DNA from: Micromonas pusilla
Lineage: Eukaryota
NCBI GenBank assembly: GCA_000151265.1
Contig: GG663744.1
Span: forward strand, 195,520-227,519
Length of the DNA: 32,000 nt
Direction of reading: 5' to 3'
The notes under the pieces are model-generated. The model did no database searches. It saw only the letters and a list, made by a program, of their open reading frames with translations, and had not been told where the DNA came from. Below, in pieces: positions 14,527 through 24,800 of this stretch. The position numbers and the translations under genes are program-made. Position 1 is the first letter of the stretch; every line of letters begins with the position of its first letter.

Positions 14527-15613
14527 TCAGTTGAACCCTCGCCGGCCGCCCAACCCCGTGATGCTCACGTTCCCGACGCCGCTGAAGTGGTTCTTCAGCG
14601 CGTTGCCGTTCGCCCACGCGCTGTTCGTGTAGTCGTCGTCGTCGTTGCTCTCCAACGCTTTCATCTCCTCCTGAGGGTCGAGGGTCCATACACGTACGAG
14701 CGAACGTCGGGGCGGAGTTGAAAGGCGTCAGAAGCGGAGTTGAAAGGCGTCGCGGTGTGTCGGGATTGAAAGCGAGGGACCCTGGGCGGAGAGATGCGCC
14801 GGGAAACGAAAGTCCTTGAGGATCGGCGTGCACCACGCCAACGCGGTCGTATGGGGACCAGTGTGAGATAGAACGCGCCTGACGCTTGTGATAGTACGCC
14901 ATCATCGCCTTGTGCTCCTCCGGGGATATCGGCGCCTCCCGCTGCGGCGCGCCGCCGCCCTTCTTCTGCAGCTTCGCCACGATCTTCGTCTTCTCGTTCC
15001 GCCCGACGTGATCGCTCAGCTTATTCTCCGGGATCATCTGCTTCCCCGCCCACCACAGCTGCGCGGTCTGTGCGTCCAGGATGTCCGCCCCCACCGGCGT
15101 GTCCGACGGCTTCTCGTCCTCCTCCAGGTCCATCCGCACCGGGTCCCACTCCGGAAGCCCCATCGGGTACGCGATCATCACCGCGCCGCGCACGAGGTCT
15201 AAGTGCTCCATGAGCTCTCTCTTCGTCAGCGCTTTCTTCATCTCCACCTGCCGCTTGGACGCCGCGGTCGCGGCGTCGTCGAGCGCCTTTCGAAGCGTCG
15301 TCGCCGCGGACTCCACCGGCGCGCACCCGTCGCGCTTCCCCGTGGGGTCCTTGCGGTACGTCGGCCCTCGCGGCGGGAGCGTCACGCCGTCCGCCTCGGC
15401 CTGGATGTCCTCGTCTAGGCCTTGCTTGTCCGGGGGTTTGCACGGCCCGTGCGCCGCGAGGTCGTCGCCGTCCATCTTCAGTCGTTGCAGGCGCAGCCGA
15501 AGGTTGTGAATCTCCACGAGCTCGCGGACGAGGTCGCCGACGCCGATCGCGACCGTGGTCTCGTACAGGAACTGCTGGTCCTCCGCTTTGCCTTTGACGT
15601 GAAGAAGGACCAT
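14527..15613 (-). CDS. CFAP298: Cilia- and flagella-associated protein 298 (C21orf59/Kurly/FBB18 homologue). 2 exons: 14879..15613 and 14527..14670 (292 aa).
   Basis: MVLLHVKGKAEDQQFLYETT...VRGAVMIAYPMGLPEWDPVRM...AQLWWAGKQ...KLSDHVGRNEKTKIVAKLQKKGGGAPQREAPISPEEHKAMMAYYHKRQ|EEMKALESNDDDDYTNSAWANGNALKNHFSGVGNVSITG...* is colinear with the CFAP298 family as I remember it, over its full length. That colinearity holds only after removing the 208-nt repeat 14671..14878 (phase 0). Confidence 0.9.
14671..14878 (-). mobile_element. Introner element copy forming the single CFAP298 intron (208 nt, GC..AG)
   Basis: It is a full-length repeat with small insertions. The sense strand starts GCGCGTTCTATCTCACACTGGTCCCCATACGACCGCGTTGGCGTGGTGCACGCC and ends GTACGTGTATGGACCCTCGACCCTCAG. 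Confidence 0.9.
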
Positions 15614-15985
15614 GGTATGGCGGCGGCGAGGGAGAGCGAGCGGGCGAGCGGGAGGGAGAGAGAACGACGCTTCCTTCGACGTGAAGAGGCGGGATGGACG
15701 CGCGCGCGCGGCGATCTCTTCTGCCGATTCGTTGACCTTCTATTTTTTCGAGCAGCGCTGAGACCCAAATGTGTTCGCTTTCAAACCACTCCCCGATGGA
15801 GCCAGCCGGTCAAACTGACCGACGGCCGAAGCGCAGATCGGACCGTCCGTTTCCGAACAGAACACGTGCTTGATATTTTTATCTCCTCGAGCGAGAAGGC
15901 CGTTCGACGCGCGAAGTTCGACGCGCGCGCACGACGCATCGCGCCCGCGTCCGCGCCCACGACGACCTCGCGACCGCGCCTCGCG
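15614..15985. promoter_or_regulatory. 372-bp divergent intergenic region between CFAP298 and PTOX (inferred promoters/5' UTRs)
   Basis: The two start codons are head-to-head. No motif was identified. Confidence 0.3.
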
Positions 15986-17248
15986 ATGTCCATCGCGATG
16001 GGCGCGCCCGCGCGCGCCGCGCGCGCGTCCGTCCGCGCGCCCGCGCCCAGATCCGCGCGCGTCGCCGTGGCCGTTGTTGAAAAGCGCCGCCTGGCATACC
16101 TCCCCTCCCTCGCGGGGCGGCGGCCGTCGTCCTCGTCGTCGTCGTCGTCGTCCGCTCATCAGACGCGCGCGGCGCTGAACGGCGACAGCGCGTCCGTCGC
16201 GAAGGACGACACGCCGTCGCTGCGCGACGAGGACGAGTACGCGGGCGTGGTGCTCCACGACGACGCCCCCGTGCCGAGGCTGGAGCGGTTCGTGAACTCG
16301 CTCGTCATCAACGCCGCGGTGCTGATAATCGACAAGCTGTACGAGGGGAGGGATTACAGCCGGTTCTACGCGCTCGAGACGGTCGCGCGCGTGCCGTACT
16401 TCTCCTTCCTCTCCGTGCTTCACCTGTACGAGACGCTGGGGTTCTGGCGCAGGGCGGACTACCTCAAGGTGCACTTCGCGCAGACGATGAACGAGTTTCA
16501 TCACCTGCTCATCATGGAGTCCCTCGGCGGCGACGACAAGTTTCGAGACCGCTTCTTCGCGCAGCACATGGCCGTGGGGTACTACGGCATCGCGTGTCTG
16601 ATGTATCTCGTGTCTCCCAGGATGGCGTACAACCTGAGCGAGCAGGTGGAGGAGCACGCGTACCACACCTACGACGTGTTTTTGAGAGAGAACGAGGAGA
16701 GGTTGAAGCGCCAATCGCCGCCGCCCATCGCCGTGCATTACTACCAGGAGGGCGATCTGTTCCTCTTCGACGAGTTCCAGACCGGCGCGGTGACCGGCGT
16801 CGCGAGAGGCGCGGACAAGCGCCGCCCGAGAATAGATTCGCTGTACGACGTCTTCGTGAACGTTCGCAACGACGAGGCGGAGCACATGAAGACGATGCAA
16901 TTTTGTCAGCTCCCGGGGACCATATTGCGCGCGCCGTCGGAAGCCGCGGCGTGCTCGGTGGTGTTCAACAAGGCCACGAGCGATTCGGAGCCGGACAGGT
17001 ACACGACCGAGTGCGTGGAGGAGTACGCGACGATGGAGAAGACGTGCGAGGGGTTGCTGGACTGTCTGATATCGAACGACTCGTACCAGCGCGAGAGAGG
17101 CGGCGACGCGGCGGCGGCGGGTGGCGGCGATGCGCGCGACGCGGAGGAGAGCGGCGAGAACAACGTCGTCGCGAAGATGGAGTCGGGCGAAGGCGAGGGC
17201 GAGGGCGAGGTTGGGGAGAAGCAGGAAGAGATGCCTTCGCCCCGGTGA
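15986..17248 (+). CDS. PTOX: Plastid terminal oxidase (PTOX/IMMUTANS, alternative-oxidase family di-iron quinol oxidase). Single exon, 420 aa.
   Basis: FYALETVARVPYFSFLSVLHLYETLGFWRRADYLKVHFAQTMNEFHHLLIMESLGG...SPRMAYNLSEQVEEHAYHTYDVFL...DLFLFDEFQT...LYDVFVNVRNDEAEHMKTMQFCQ contains the iron-binding E/ExxH motifs and the PTOX-specific insertion. A transit-peptide-like N-terminus (MSIAMGAPARAARASVRAPAPRSARV) starts at ATG 15986. The part of ORF 15422..17248 upstream of this overlaps CFAP298 antisense and is not coding-like. Confidence 0.9.
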   Translation: MSIAMGAPARAARASVRAPAPRSARVAVAVVEKRRLAYLPSLAGRRPSSSSSSSSSAHQTRAALNGDSASVAKDDTPSLRDEDEYAGVVLHDDAPVPRLERFVNSLVINAAVLIIDKLYEGRDYSRFYALETVARVPYFSFLSVLHLYETLGFWRRADYLKVHFAQTMNEFHHLLIMESLGGDDKFRDRFFAQHMAVGYYGIACLMYLVSPRMAYNLSEQVEEHAYHTYDVFLRENEERLKRQSPPPIAVHYYQEGDLFLFDEFQTGAVTGVARGADKRRPRIDSLYDVFVNVRNDEAEHMKTMQFCQLPGTILRAPSEAAACSVVFNKATSDSEPDRYTTECVEEYATMEKTCEGLLDCLISNDSYQRERGGDAAAAGGGDARDAEESGENNVVAKMESGEGEGEGEVGEKQEEMPSPR

Positions 17249-17351
17249 GTGAGTGAATTTCGCGCGAGCGAAGGAGGAGGAAGAGGCGGCGCGAGCGGAG
17301 AGAGAACGACGGGACGGGAGCAGAAAAAAGTGAAAATCACTCACGACCAAC

Positions 17352-18347
17352 CTACGACGCCTCCCTCCGCCGCTCGACGAACACGTCCAAGCTCATCAAG
17401 TCGTTCGAGCGCACGCTCTTCACGGGATACACCTCCCGGACGTCGCCGTCCCTCGGGAACTCCAGCGCGGGGTCCATCTCGCCGACGACAGCGTCTCTCT
17501 CTCCTCCTCCTCCTCCTCCTCCGTCCCCGCCGCCCCCGCCCCCGCCGCCCGCGCCGTCGTCCACGCGTTCCTCGCTCCACTCCCCCGACCCGAGCTCCTC
17601 CGCGATCCCGGACCTCCCCGCGTACGCGACGATCTCGAACGCGCACGCGCTCGCGCCTCTCGGCAGCAGCGGCAGCGTGACGTCCGAGAACGCGATCTTC
17701 GAGAGCGTCGCGCAGAGGCCTTTTTGCAACGCGTCCACGTCCCGCCGCGTCGGCGGCCGGTCCGAACGCCGCACGTTCAGCGCGAAGTCGAACGTGTGGC
17801 GCTCCACGGGGAGACCCCTACCCCCGGAGCCGCCGCCGCCGCCGCCGCCGCCGCCGACGTCTCCCCCTCCGCGCGTCTCGCCGTCCTTCACGACGACGAC
17901 GACGCGCTTGACGTCCCCGCGCGCGATCGGACGACGCAGCGCGCCGATCGCGTTTTCGACGTAGGACACCACCTCCGGGTGGCGGCATCGCATGACTCGG
18001 CTGCCGTACAGCGCGCGCGTCTCGAAGAGCTCTCTCGGGTACACGCCTCGGTGATACAGCACGTGGTGCGTCGCCGCGGTGAGGAACTCGATGATCACGT
18101 CCAGCCTGGGGCGAGGAGAGGAGGGAGGAAGAGGGTTTAGATCGACGCGGGCGTCGATGAGAAGCGCGCGCGCGGACCCGGAGGAGGGTGCCCAGATCTG
18201 GCGACGACGAGAACAGAACCGCGAGGTCGCGTCCGCCCGCCGTCGCGCGACGGACGGGGAGGCGCGGCCGCGAGGAGGGACGCGGACGGACGACGCGCAC
18301 CGCAGGTCGTGCTGGCTCTTCGGCGCGGGCTCGAGCGCGGGCGGCAT
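17352..18347 (-). CDS. REV7: REV7/MAD2L2 HORMA-domain protein (DNA polymerase zeta accessory subunit). Probable 2 exons: 18301..18347 and 17352..18105 (266 aa).
   Basis: LDVIIEFLTAATHHVLYHRGVYPRELFETRALYGSRVMRCRHPEVVSYVENAIGALRRPIARGDVKRVVVVVKD...ERHTFDF...LQKGLCATLSKIAFSD...ACAFEIVAY...VYPVKSVRSNDLMSLDVFVERR is colinear with REV7 as I remember it. The region between MPPALEPAPKSQHDL and LDVIIEF is Arg-rich and not coding-like. It is bounded by CTGCG|GTGCGC and a pyrimidine tract ending in CCCCAG|G. Confidence 0.8.
   Translation of the reverse strand: MPPALEPAPKSQHDLRCASSVRVPPRGRASPSVARRRADATSRFCSRRRQIWAPSSGSARALLIDARVDLNPLPPSSPRPRLDVIIEFLTAATHHVLYHRGVYPRELFETRALYGSRVMRCRHPEVVSYVENAIGALRRPIARGDVKRVVVVVKDGETRGGGDVGGGGGGGGGSGGRGLPVERHTFDFALNVRRSDRPPTRRDVDALQKGLCATLSKIAFSDVTLPLLPRGASACAFEIVAYAGRSGIAEELGSGEWSEERVDDGAGGGGGGGGDGGGGGGGERDAVVGEMDPALEFPRDGDVREVYPVKSVRSNDLMSLDVFVERRREAS
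18106..18300 (-). other. Probable REV7 intron (195 nt, GT..AG), stop-free and a multiple of 3
   Basis: The donor is GTGCGC at 18300. The acceptor follows CTCTTCCTCCCTCCTCTCCTCGCCCCAG and ends at 18106. Because the intron is in frame and has no stops, the ORF track reads straight through it. Confidence 0.65.
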
Positions 18348-18897
18348 GACGGGACGTCTCGCCGACCGGCGTCGCCCGCGCGACGCGACGAGATGTGATG
18401 ATGAGAGGGATCCCCGAGCTGGCGCGCGAGAGTTCGAGAGTTCGCGCGGTCGGTTGTTTTGAGGTGTTTTGGTCGAGTCGAGCTAAACGCGCATCATCGA
18501 GCGAACCGAGAGGCCCGCGCGACGGCCGCGACGGGGCATTGCCGCTGGTGTCGGGAGGAGCCCGCACCGTGGACGGCCGGCGCGCGCGCGAGAACGCGAT
18601 CGCGCCGCGTCGCGATCTGGAGCGATGGGGATGCCTAAAGGTGCGCGCCCGCGGCGACCGATCCGACGACGTCGTTCGCTCAGCATCATCCACCCATCAT
18701 CGTTCATCGTCGGCTTAATTTGGACGACCGAACGAATTCTTCCCTCCCGTCGCCGTCGCCTTCGGCGCCGCGCCCGCCCACCCCCCTCTCCGTCCTCGCG
18801 ACCCGTCCTCACGACCCGACCCTCCCCGCGCTCTCCCCCGACAGCGCGATTCGCGCGCAAGACGGCGACCGCGGCGGCGCCTCCCGAGGTCGCGGTG
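18348..18897. promoter_or_regulatory. 550-bp divergent intergenic region between REV7 and the dynein gene (inferred promoters/5' UTRs)
   Basis: The two start codons are head-to-head. No motif was identified. Confidence 0.3.
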
Positions 18898-21800
18898 ATG
18901 GACGCGAACCCGCCCGCGGCGACGGCGACGGCGGACGCGACGACGGCGTCGTCGTCGTCGGACGCGGCGGCGCCGGTCGACGCGCCGGTCGACGCGCCGG
19001 CGACGCCCGCGCCGGATGCGCCGTCGGAACCGCCGCCTATTCCGCCGCCCGCCGCGAAGGAGAAGGAGAAGGAGAAGGAGAAGGAGAAGGCGGAGTACCC
19101 GCGGAAGATCTCGACGAACGATCTCGACGGCGACGACGTTCCTCTCGCGTTGGAACCTCGCGTCATGGCGCCGTTCACCACGCGACGCGGCGAGGTCCCG
19201 AGACGCGTGCAGATCGAACGCAAGAAGCGCGCGTACGGCGTCATGGACCTGGACGCGCTCTTCCGCGAGCTCCCGAACGCCGCGGAGGCGACGGCGGAGA
19301 AGCACTCGCTGCCGCTGGAGGTTTTCGACGACGGTGAATTCGAGGAACGCGCGATCGAGGAGTGGCTGCAACCGGAGGCGCTCGCGCGCGGGAACGGCGT
19401 GCGCGCGAAGCTCGCGGTGCACGCGAGGGTGAACAAGACCGGGTTCCCGCTGTGGGCGTCGTGCTCGGTCGTCGGCGGCGACCCGGCGACGAACACCTAC
19501 GAGGTGGTTCTAGACAAGAACAAGAAGCTCATGCGAGGGATCCCGCGCGTCGACTTGTGCTTCAACTCGGAAGATCCGAGGGCGTACGCGAAGCGACGCA
19601 TGGCGGCGTACGAAGCGCGGCGCGCCGCCGTCCGGAGGCTCGAGTACGAGCTGTTTTTGGACGTGATGCCGACGGACGACGTCCCCGCGTTAAACGCCGC
19701 GTCGACGGCGAGGATCACCGAACTTTCGCTGAACACGCCGGGCGCGCGAAGCCACGCGGCGACCGCGGATACGCTCGTGAGAGAAGCGAGCGACGAGTAC
19801 GCGCGCGCGATGTGCAAGCTCGCGTTCGACGACGCGCTCGTGCACGGGGCGAACGGGGTCGGGACGAGGGACAAGCGCGCGAAGCGCGCGCGGATCACGA
19901 TGGACCTGGAGCGCCTCGCCGATCCGGACGGAGGCGTCGGGGGTAGTTCTCTCGTCGACGCGAACGCGGACGCGATCGACGGCGACGCGGACCGTCTTCT
20001 GCTGCCTCCCGTGCACCGGCACGCGCCCAAGCCGCGCGCGGCCGCGCCGTTGTGCGGCGTGCGCGCGATCGAGGACGCGGCGGGGTACTCGTACGCCGCG
20101 CAGGCGTCTGAGTTTACGTTTCGAACGGCGCTGACGAAACCGGAGGTGATCGAGTGCACGCGGCGGATCGTGAACGAGTGCGTCAAGTGCGCGAAAGTTC
20201 CGCTCTTCGCGACGACGTTTAGCAAGCCGCAGCGCGTGGACGAGTTCGAGACGGCGCAGAAGCTGACGCTGAACAACGCGTCGGTGGCGATCAAAGAGCA
20301 GTGGACGGGCTCGGTGAAGGATGCGTTTTTCGATTGCTTCGGAAAGGTGGGCAAGGGGTGGTACAACATCAAAGAGACCGACCGCGCGGCGTACGACTTC
20401 GGGAAGATGAAGAAGTACCAGAACATGATCCGCATGCGGATGGAGGACACGCTGCGGTTCCTCGTCGACGACGCGGTGGCGTCGTTCACGGCTTTTATCC
20501 ACGCGACGTGTTCCGCGGAGCTCTCCGTGAACGCCACGAACGACGTCGAGCCCGGCCCGGCGCCGCCTCTGTTCGCGCTCGAACTCCAGAACATCGTCAG
20601 CGAGGACGCGGCGAACCCGAAGCTCGGGTTCGAGTACAGCACGCCGCTCGATGACATTAAGAAAACCGTCATCGAGACGTTTGAGAACGCGGTCACGAGC
20701 GTGTACGGGATTCCTTTCATCGAGCCGGACGTCATAACGGAAATCACGTGGACGTTTATTCCGTCGATGACGACCGTGAACTTAGCCGAGCCGCACGTCA
20801 AACGCGCGCAGGAGTCCGTCGCCGCGGACGTCACCGTCGCGATCGACGCTCTGAAGCGCTACTTGAAGCTGTACGATCAGTTCAAGCCGCTGCAGAAGAT
20901 TAAGGTCGAGTCCTACGTCGAGGAGCTCAACGTTCGCAAGGAGAAACTGGACGAGGACGACTCCATGCTCGCGGAGTACCAAAAAGAGATCAAAATACAC
21001 GAGGACCACCTGCTTCACATCGAGACGACGCTGCCGGACGCGATCGACGTCGGCCCGTTCAGGGTGAACGCGTCGAGGGTGAAGACGGCGCTCGCGGATA
21101 AACGCCGCGCGCTGATCGAAGAAGTCAAGACGCTCATCGCGGCGTACCCGCGCGAGATTTGCGTCGACGTCATCGCGCGGTACGCGGAGATCAACTCCAG
21201 ACTAGAGGTTGGCACCGAGGACCCGGAGGGCGTCGGCGCGCTGCGGGATCTCATCGACTCCATACCCAAGCTCGTGTACGACTTGACGACGACGCTCTCG
21301 GAGGCGTACGCGTATTGGGGCGCGTTGGACGACGCGCGCGTGCCGCTGTCCGACGACGACGTACGGAAAAAGGCGGAGGCGCAGTTCTGGCCGACGAAGC
21401 TGACGTACACGATCGCGAGCACGAAGGAGGAGCTCGCGAGGGACGAGAAGACGTACCGCCAGACGCAAGAGGTGGAGCAAGACGATTTTAAAGTGAAGCT
21501 CAAATCTATGGAGGAGGAGACCATCGCGCGGCTGCCGGATTACGTGGACATGAACAACACGGAGGCGTACGCGGAGCGCATGGCGGAGATCGACGGCGAG
21601 CTGAAGAAGGCGCAGGAGCAGGCGAACTTGTTCAACTCGAGAGAGGCGCTGTTCGGGTTGCCCGCGACGGATTACGGCAAAGTCCGACGGATGGCGGACG
21701 CGTTCGATCCGTTTTGTCAGTTTTGGAAGTACGCGAACAACTGGCGCTCGTGGCAGAAGGAATGGAAATCCGAGCCGTTCGCGACGTTGAACGCGGAAGA

Positions 21801-24800
21801 AGTCGAGAAGGACGTCGGGACCGCGTACAAGGTGATGTTCAAGATGGGCAAGGCGTTCAATATGCGAAACATGCCCGCGTGCGCGGCGAACTGCGAGACG
21901 GTGCGAAACGAGCTCGAGGATTTCCAAAAGTACCTCCCGCTCCTCGTCGCGCTTCGATCGCCCGGGATGCGCGACCGGCACTGGGAGAAGATCACCGAGG
22001 ACGTCGGGGTCACGATCCCTCACGACGACCCGGAGTTCAACCTCACGAAGATTCTCGAGATGGACCTCCACGCGTCCGAGGAGGCGCTCGTCAAGGTGTG
22101 CGACGTCGCGGGGAAAGAGTTTGGGATCGAAACCGCGCTCGAAAAAATGTACGGCGAATGGGAGGGCGCGGAGCTCGAGGTCGTGGAGTACCGCGAGACG
22201 CAGACGCACGTCATACGCATCGAGGAGACGATCACGCAGATGCTCGACGATCACATCGTCATGGCGCAGGCGATGGGGTTTTCGCCCTTCAAAAAACCGT
22301 TCGAAGAGCAGATCTCGACGTGGGAGCGGACGCTGTCGATGGTGAGCGAGGTTTTGGACGAGTGGATCACGCTGCAGCGGTCGTGGATGTACCTGGAGCC
22401 CATCTTCGGGAGCGAGGACATCATGGAGCAGCTGCCGTTAGAGGGGAAACGGTTCGCCGCGGTGGACCGTCTGTGGAGGAAAGTGCTGACGAAAGCGTTG
22501 GGCGTTCCCGGGGTGTTGAAGATGTGCAACGATCGAATCTTGCTCGAGAAGTTCAGAGACGCGAACAATCAGTTGGACATCGTGCAGAAGGGTCTCGCGG
22601 ATTACCTCGAGACGAAACGCTTAGCCTTCAGCCGTTTCTTCTTCTTGTCCAACGACGAGCTTCTGCAGATTTTATCCCAGACGAAGAACCCGCTCGCGGT
22701 GCAGCCGCACCTGCGGAAGTGCTTCGAGGCGATCAACACGCTGACGTTCGAGGGGGATTTAAAAATCACCGCGATGAACAGCGTGGAGAACGAGAGAGTG
22801 CCCTTCAGCGAGCACATGTACCCGGAAGGGAACGTCGAGAACTGGCTCGGAGAGGTGGAGCGCATCATGAAAGATTCGTGCCGTCACTCCGTCGTGGAGT
22901 CGCTCGCGGATTACCAAGCGACGCCGCGGCCGGAGTGGGTCAAGTCGTGGCCCGCGATGACCGTCCTCGGCGTCGGGTGCTGCTATTGGACCTCTCTCTC
23001 CGAGGAGGCGATCAAAGACGCCGAGCTTCCCAAGTGGTTCGACAAGAACGTCGAACAACTGAACGACCTCACGGACATGGTGCGAGGGAAGCTCTCGTCG
23101 CAAGAGCGCGGCACCCTCGGCGCGCTCATCGTCATCGACGTCCACGCGCGCGACGTCATCACCACGCTGATTGAAAACGACGTCACCGCGATGACGGATT
23201 TCGACTGGGTCCGGCAGCTCAGATACTACTGGGAGAACGATGACCTGTACGTCAAGATGGTTCAAGCGTCGCTGCCGTTCGGGTACGAGTACCTCGGGAA
23301 TCAGCCGCGTCTGGTCGTCACGCCGCTGACGGATCGATGTTACATGACGCTGATGGGCGCGATTCATCTCAACTTGGGCGGCGCCCCCGCCGGTCCCGCG
23401 GGGACGGGCAAGACGGAGACGACGAAGGATCTCGCCAAGGCGCTCGCGATGCAGTGCGTCGTGTTCAACTGCTCGGACGGTCTGGACTACCTCGCGATGG
23501 CGAAGTTTTTCAAAGGCCTCGCGTCGAGCGGCGCGTGGGCGTGCTTCGACGAGTTCAACCGGATCGACCTCGAGGTTTTATCCGTCGTCGCCGCGCAGAT
23601 TTTAACGATTCAAAACGCGATCCAGCAGGGCCTGAAGCGGTTCGAGTTCGAAGGCTCCGAGATTGGTCTGGACGCGCGGTGCTGCGTCTTCATCACGATG
23701 AACCCCGGATACGCCGGGCGTTCCGAACTTCCGGATAACCTCAAAGCCCTGTTCCGACCGTGCGCGATGATGGTGCCGGATTACGCGCTCATCGGCGAGA
23801 TCTCGTTGATGTCTTTCGGGTTCAAACGCGGCCGCCCGCTCGCGAGGAAGATGGTCGCCACGTTCAAGCTCTGCTCCGAGCAGCTCTCCGCGCAGGATCA
23901 CTACGACTACGGCATGCGCGCGGTTAAGTCCGTGATCACCGCCGCGGGTAACCTGAAGCGCGACTTTCCGGACGAGGACGAGGAGGTTCTTTTACTTCGC
24001 GGGCTCATGGACGTGAACGAGCCGAAATTTTTAGCGCACGACCTCCCGCTGTTCGCGGGCATCATCAGCGACTTGTTCCCCGGATTAAAGAAGCCCGAGG
24101 TGGATTACGACGACCTGAACGAAGCCCTGCGAGAGAGCTGCGAAGAGCTGAAGATCCAGCCCGTCCCCGCGTTCATCGGTAAGGTGATCCAGATGTACGA
24201 GATGACCGTCGTGCGGCACGGGCTCATGCTCGTGGGTCCCACCGGCGGCGGGAAGACGATGTGCTACCGTTCGCTGTGCTCCGCGATGACGAGGCTCAAC
24301 AAGGCTGGGTCGGAGGTATTCGAGAGGGCTAAGTTCGTGTGCTTGAACCCGAAGTCGATCACGATGGGACAGCTGTACGGCGATTTCGACGACGCGACGC
24401 ACGAGTGGACCGACGGCGTCCTCGCGTGTTACATGCGCGACCTCTCCGAGGAGACGGGAACGGACAAGAAGTGGTTGCTGTTCGACGGCCCGGTCGACGC
24501 GATCTGGATCGAGAACATGAACACGGTGTTGGACGACAACAAGAAGCTGTGCCTCGTGTCCGGCGAGATCATCCAGATGTCGTCCACGATGACGATGATG
24601 TTCGAGGTGGAGGATCTCGCGGTTGCGTCCCCGGCGACGGTGTCGCGGTGCGGCATGATTTACATGGAGCCGACGTCCATGGGGTTCGAGCCGCTTCTGG
24701 ACTCGTACTTGGAGTCGCTCCCGGAGATCATGAAGCCGTACCTCGGGAAGTTTAGGGACATCTTCGTGAAGGTGATGCCCGGCCTGGACGGCCTCCTGCA

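Noticed and set aside
15422-15985. The N-terminal 188 codons of track ORF 15422..17248 were considered as an extension of PTOX.
   Set aside because: This part starts at a non-ATG codon, runs antisense through the CFAP298 coding region and the intergenic spacer, and is not coding-like. A transit-peptide-like Met start at 15986 fits PTOX.
19497-20834. Long ORFs antisense to, or in alternate frames of, real genes. Examples are 19497..20834(-) 445 aa, 24085..25353(-) 422 aa and 28855..30057(-) 400 aa inside the dynein gene, 15740..17350(-) 536 aa opposite PTOX, and 606..1442(+), 662..1459(-), 2432..3217(-) and 13335..14027(-).
   Set aside because: Their translations are Arg/Ala/Gly/Pro/Ser-rich low-complexity strings with no recognisable motifs. 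Stop codons are rare in every frame at this GC content, and each one overlaps a frame with clear protein homology and proper third-position bias.
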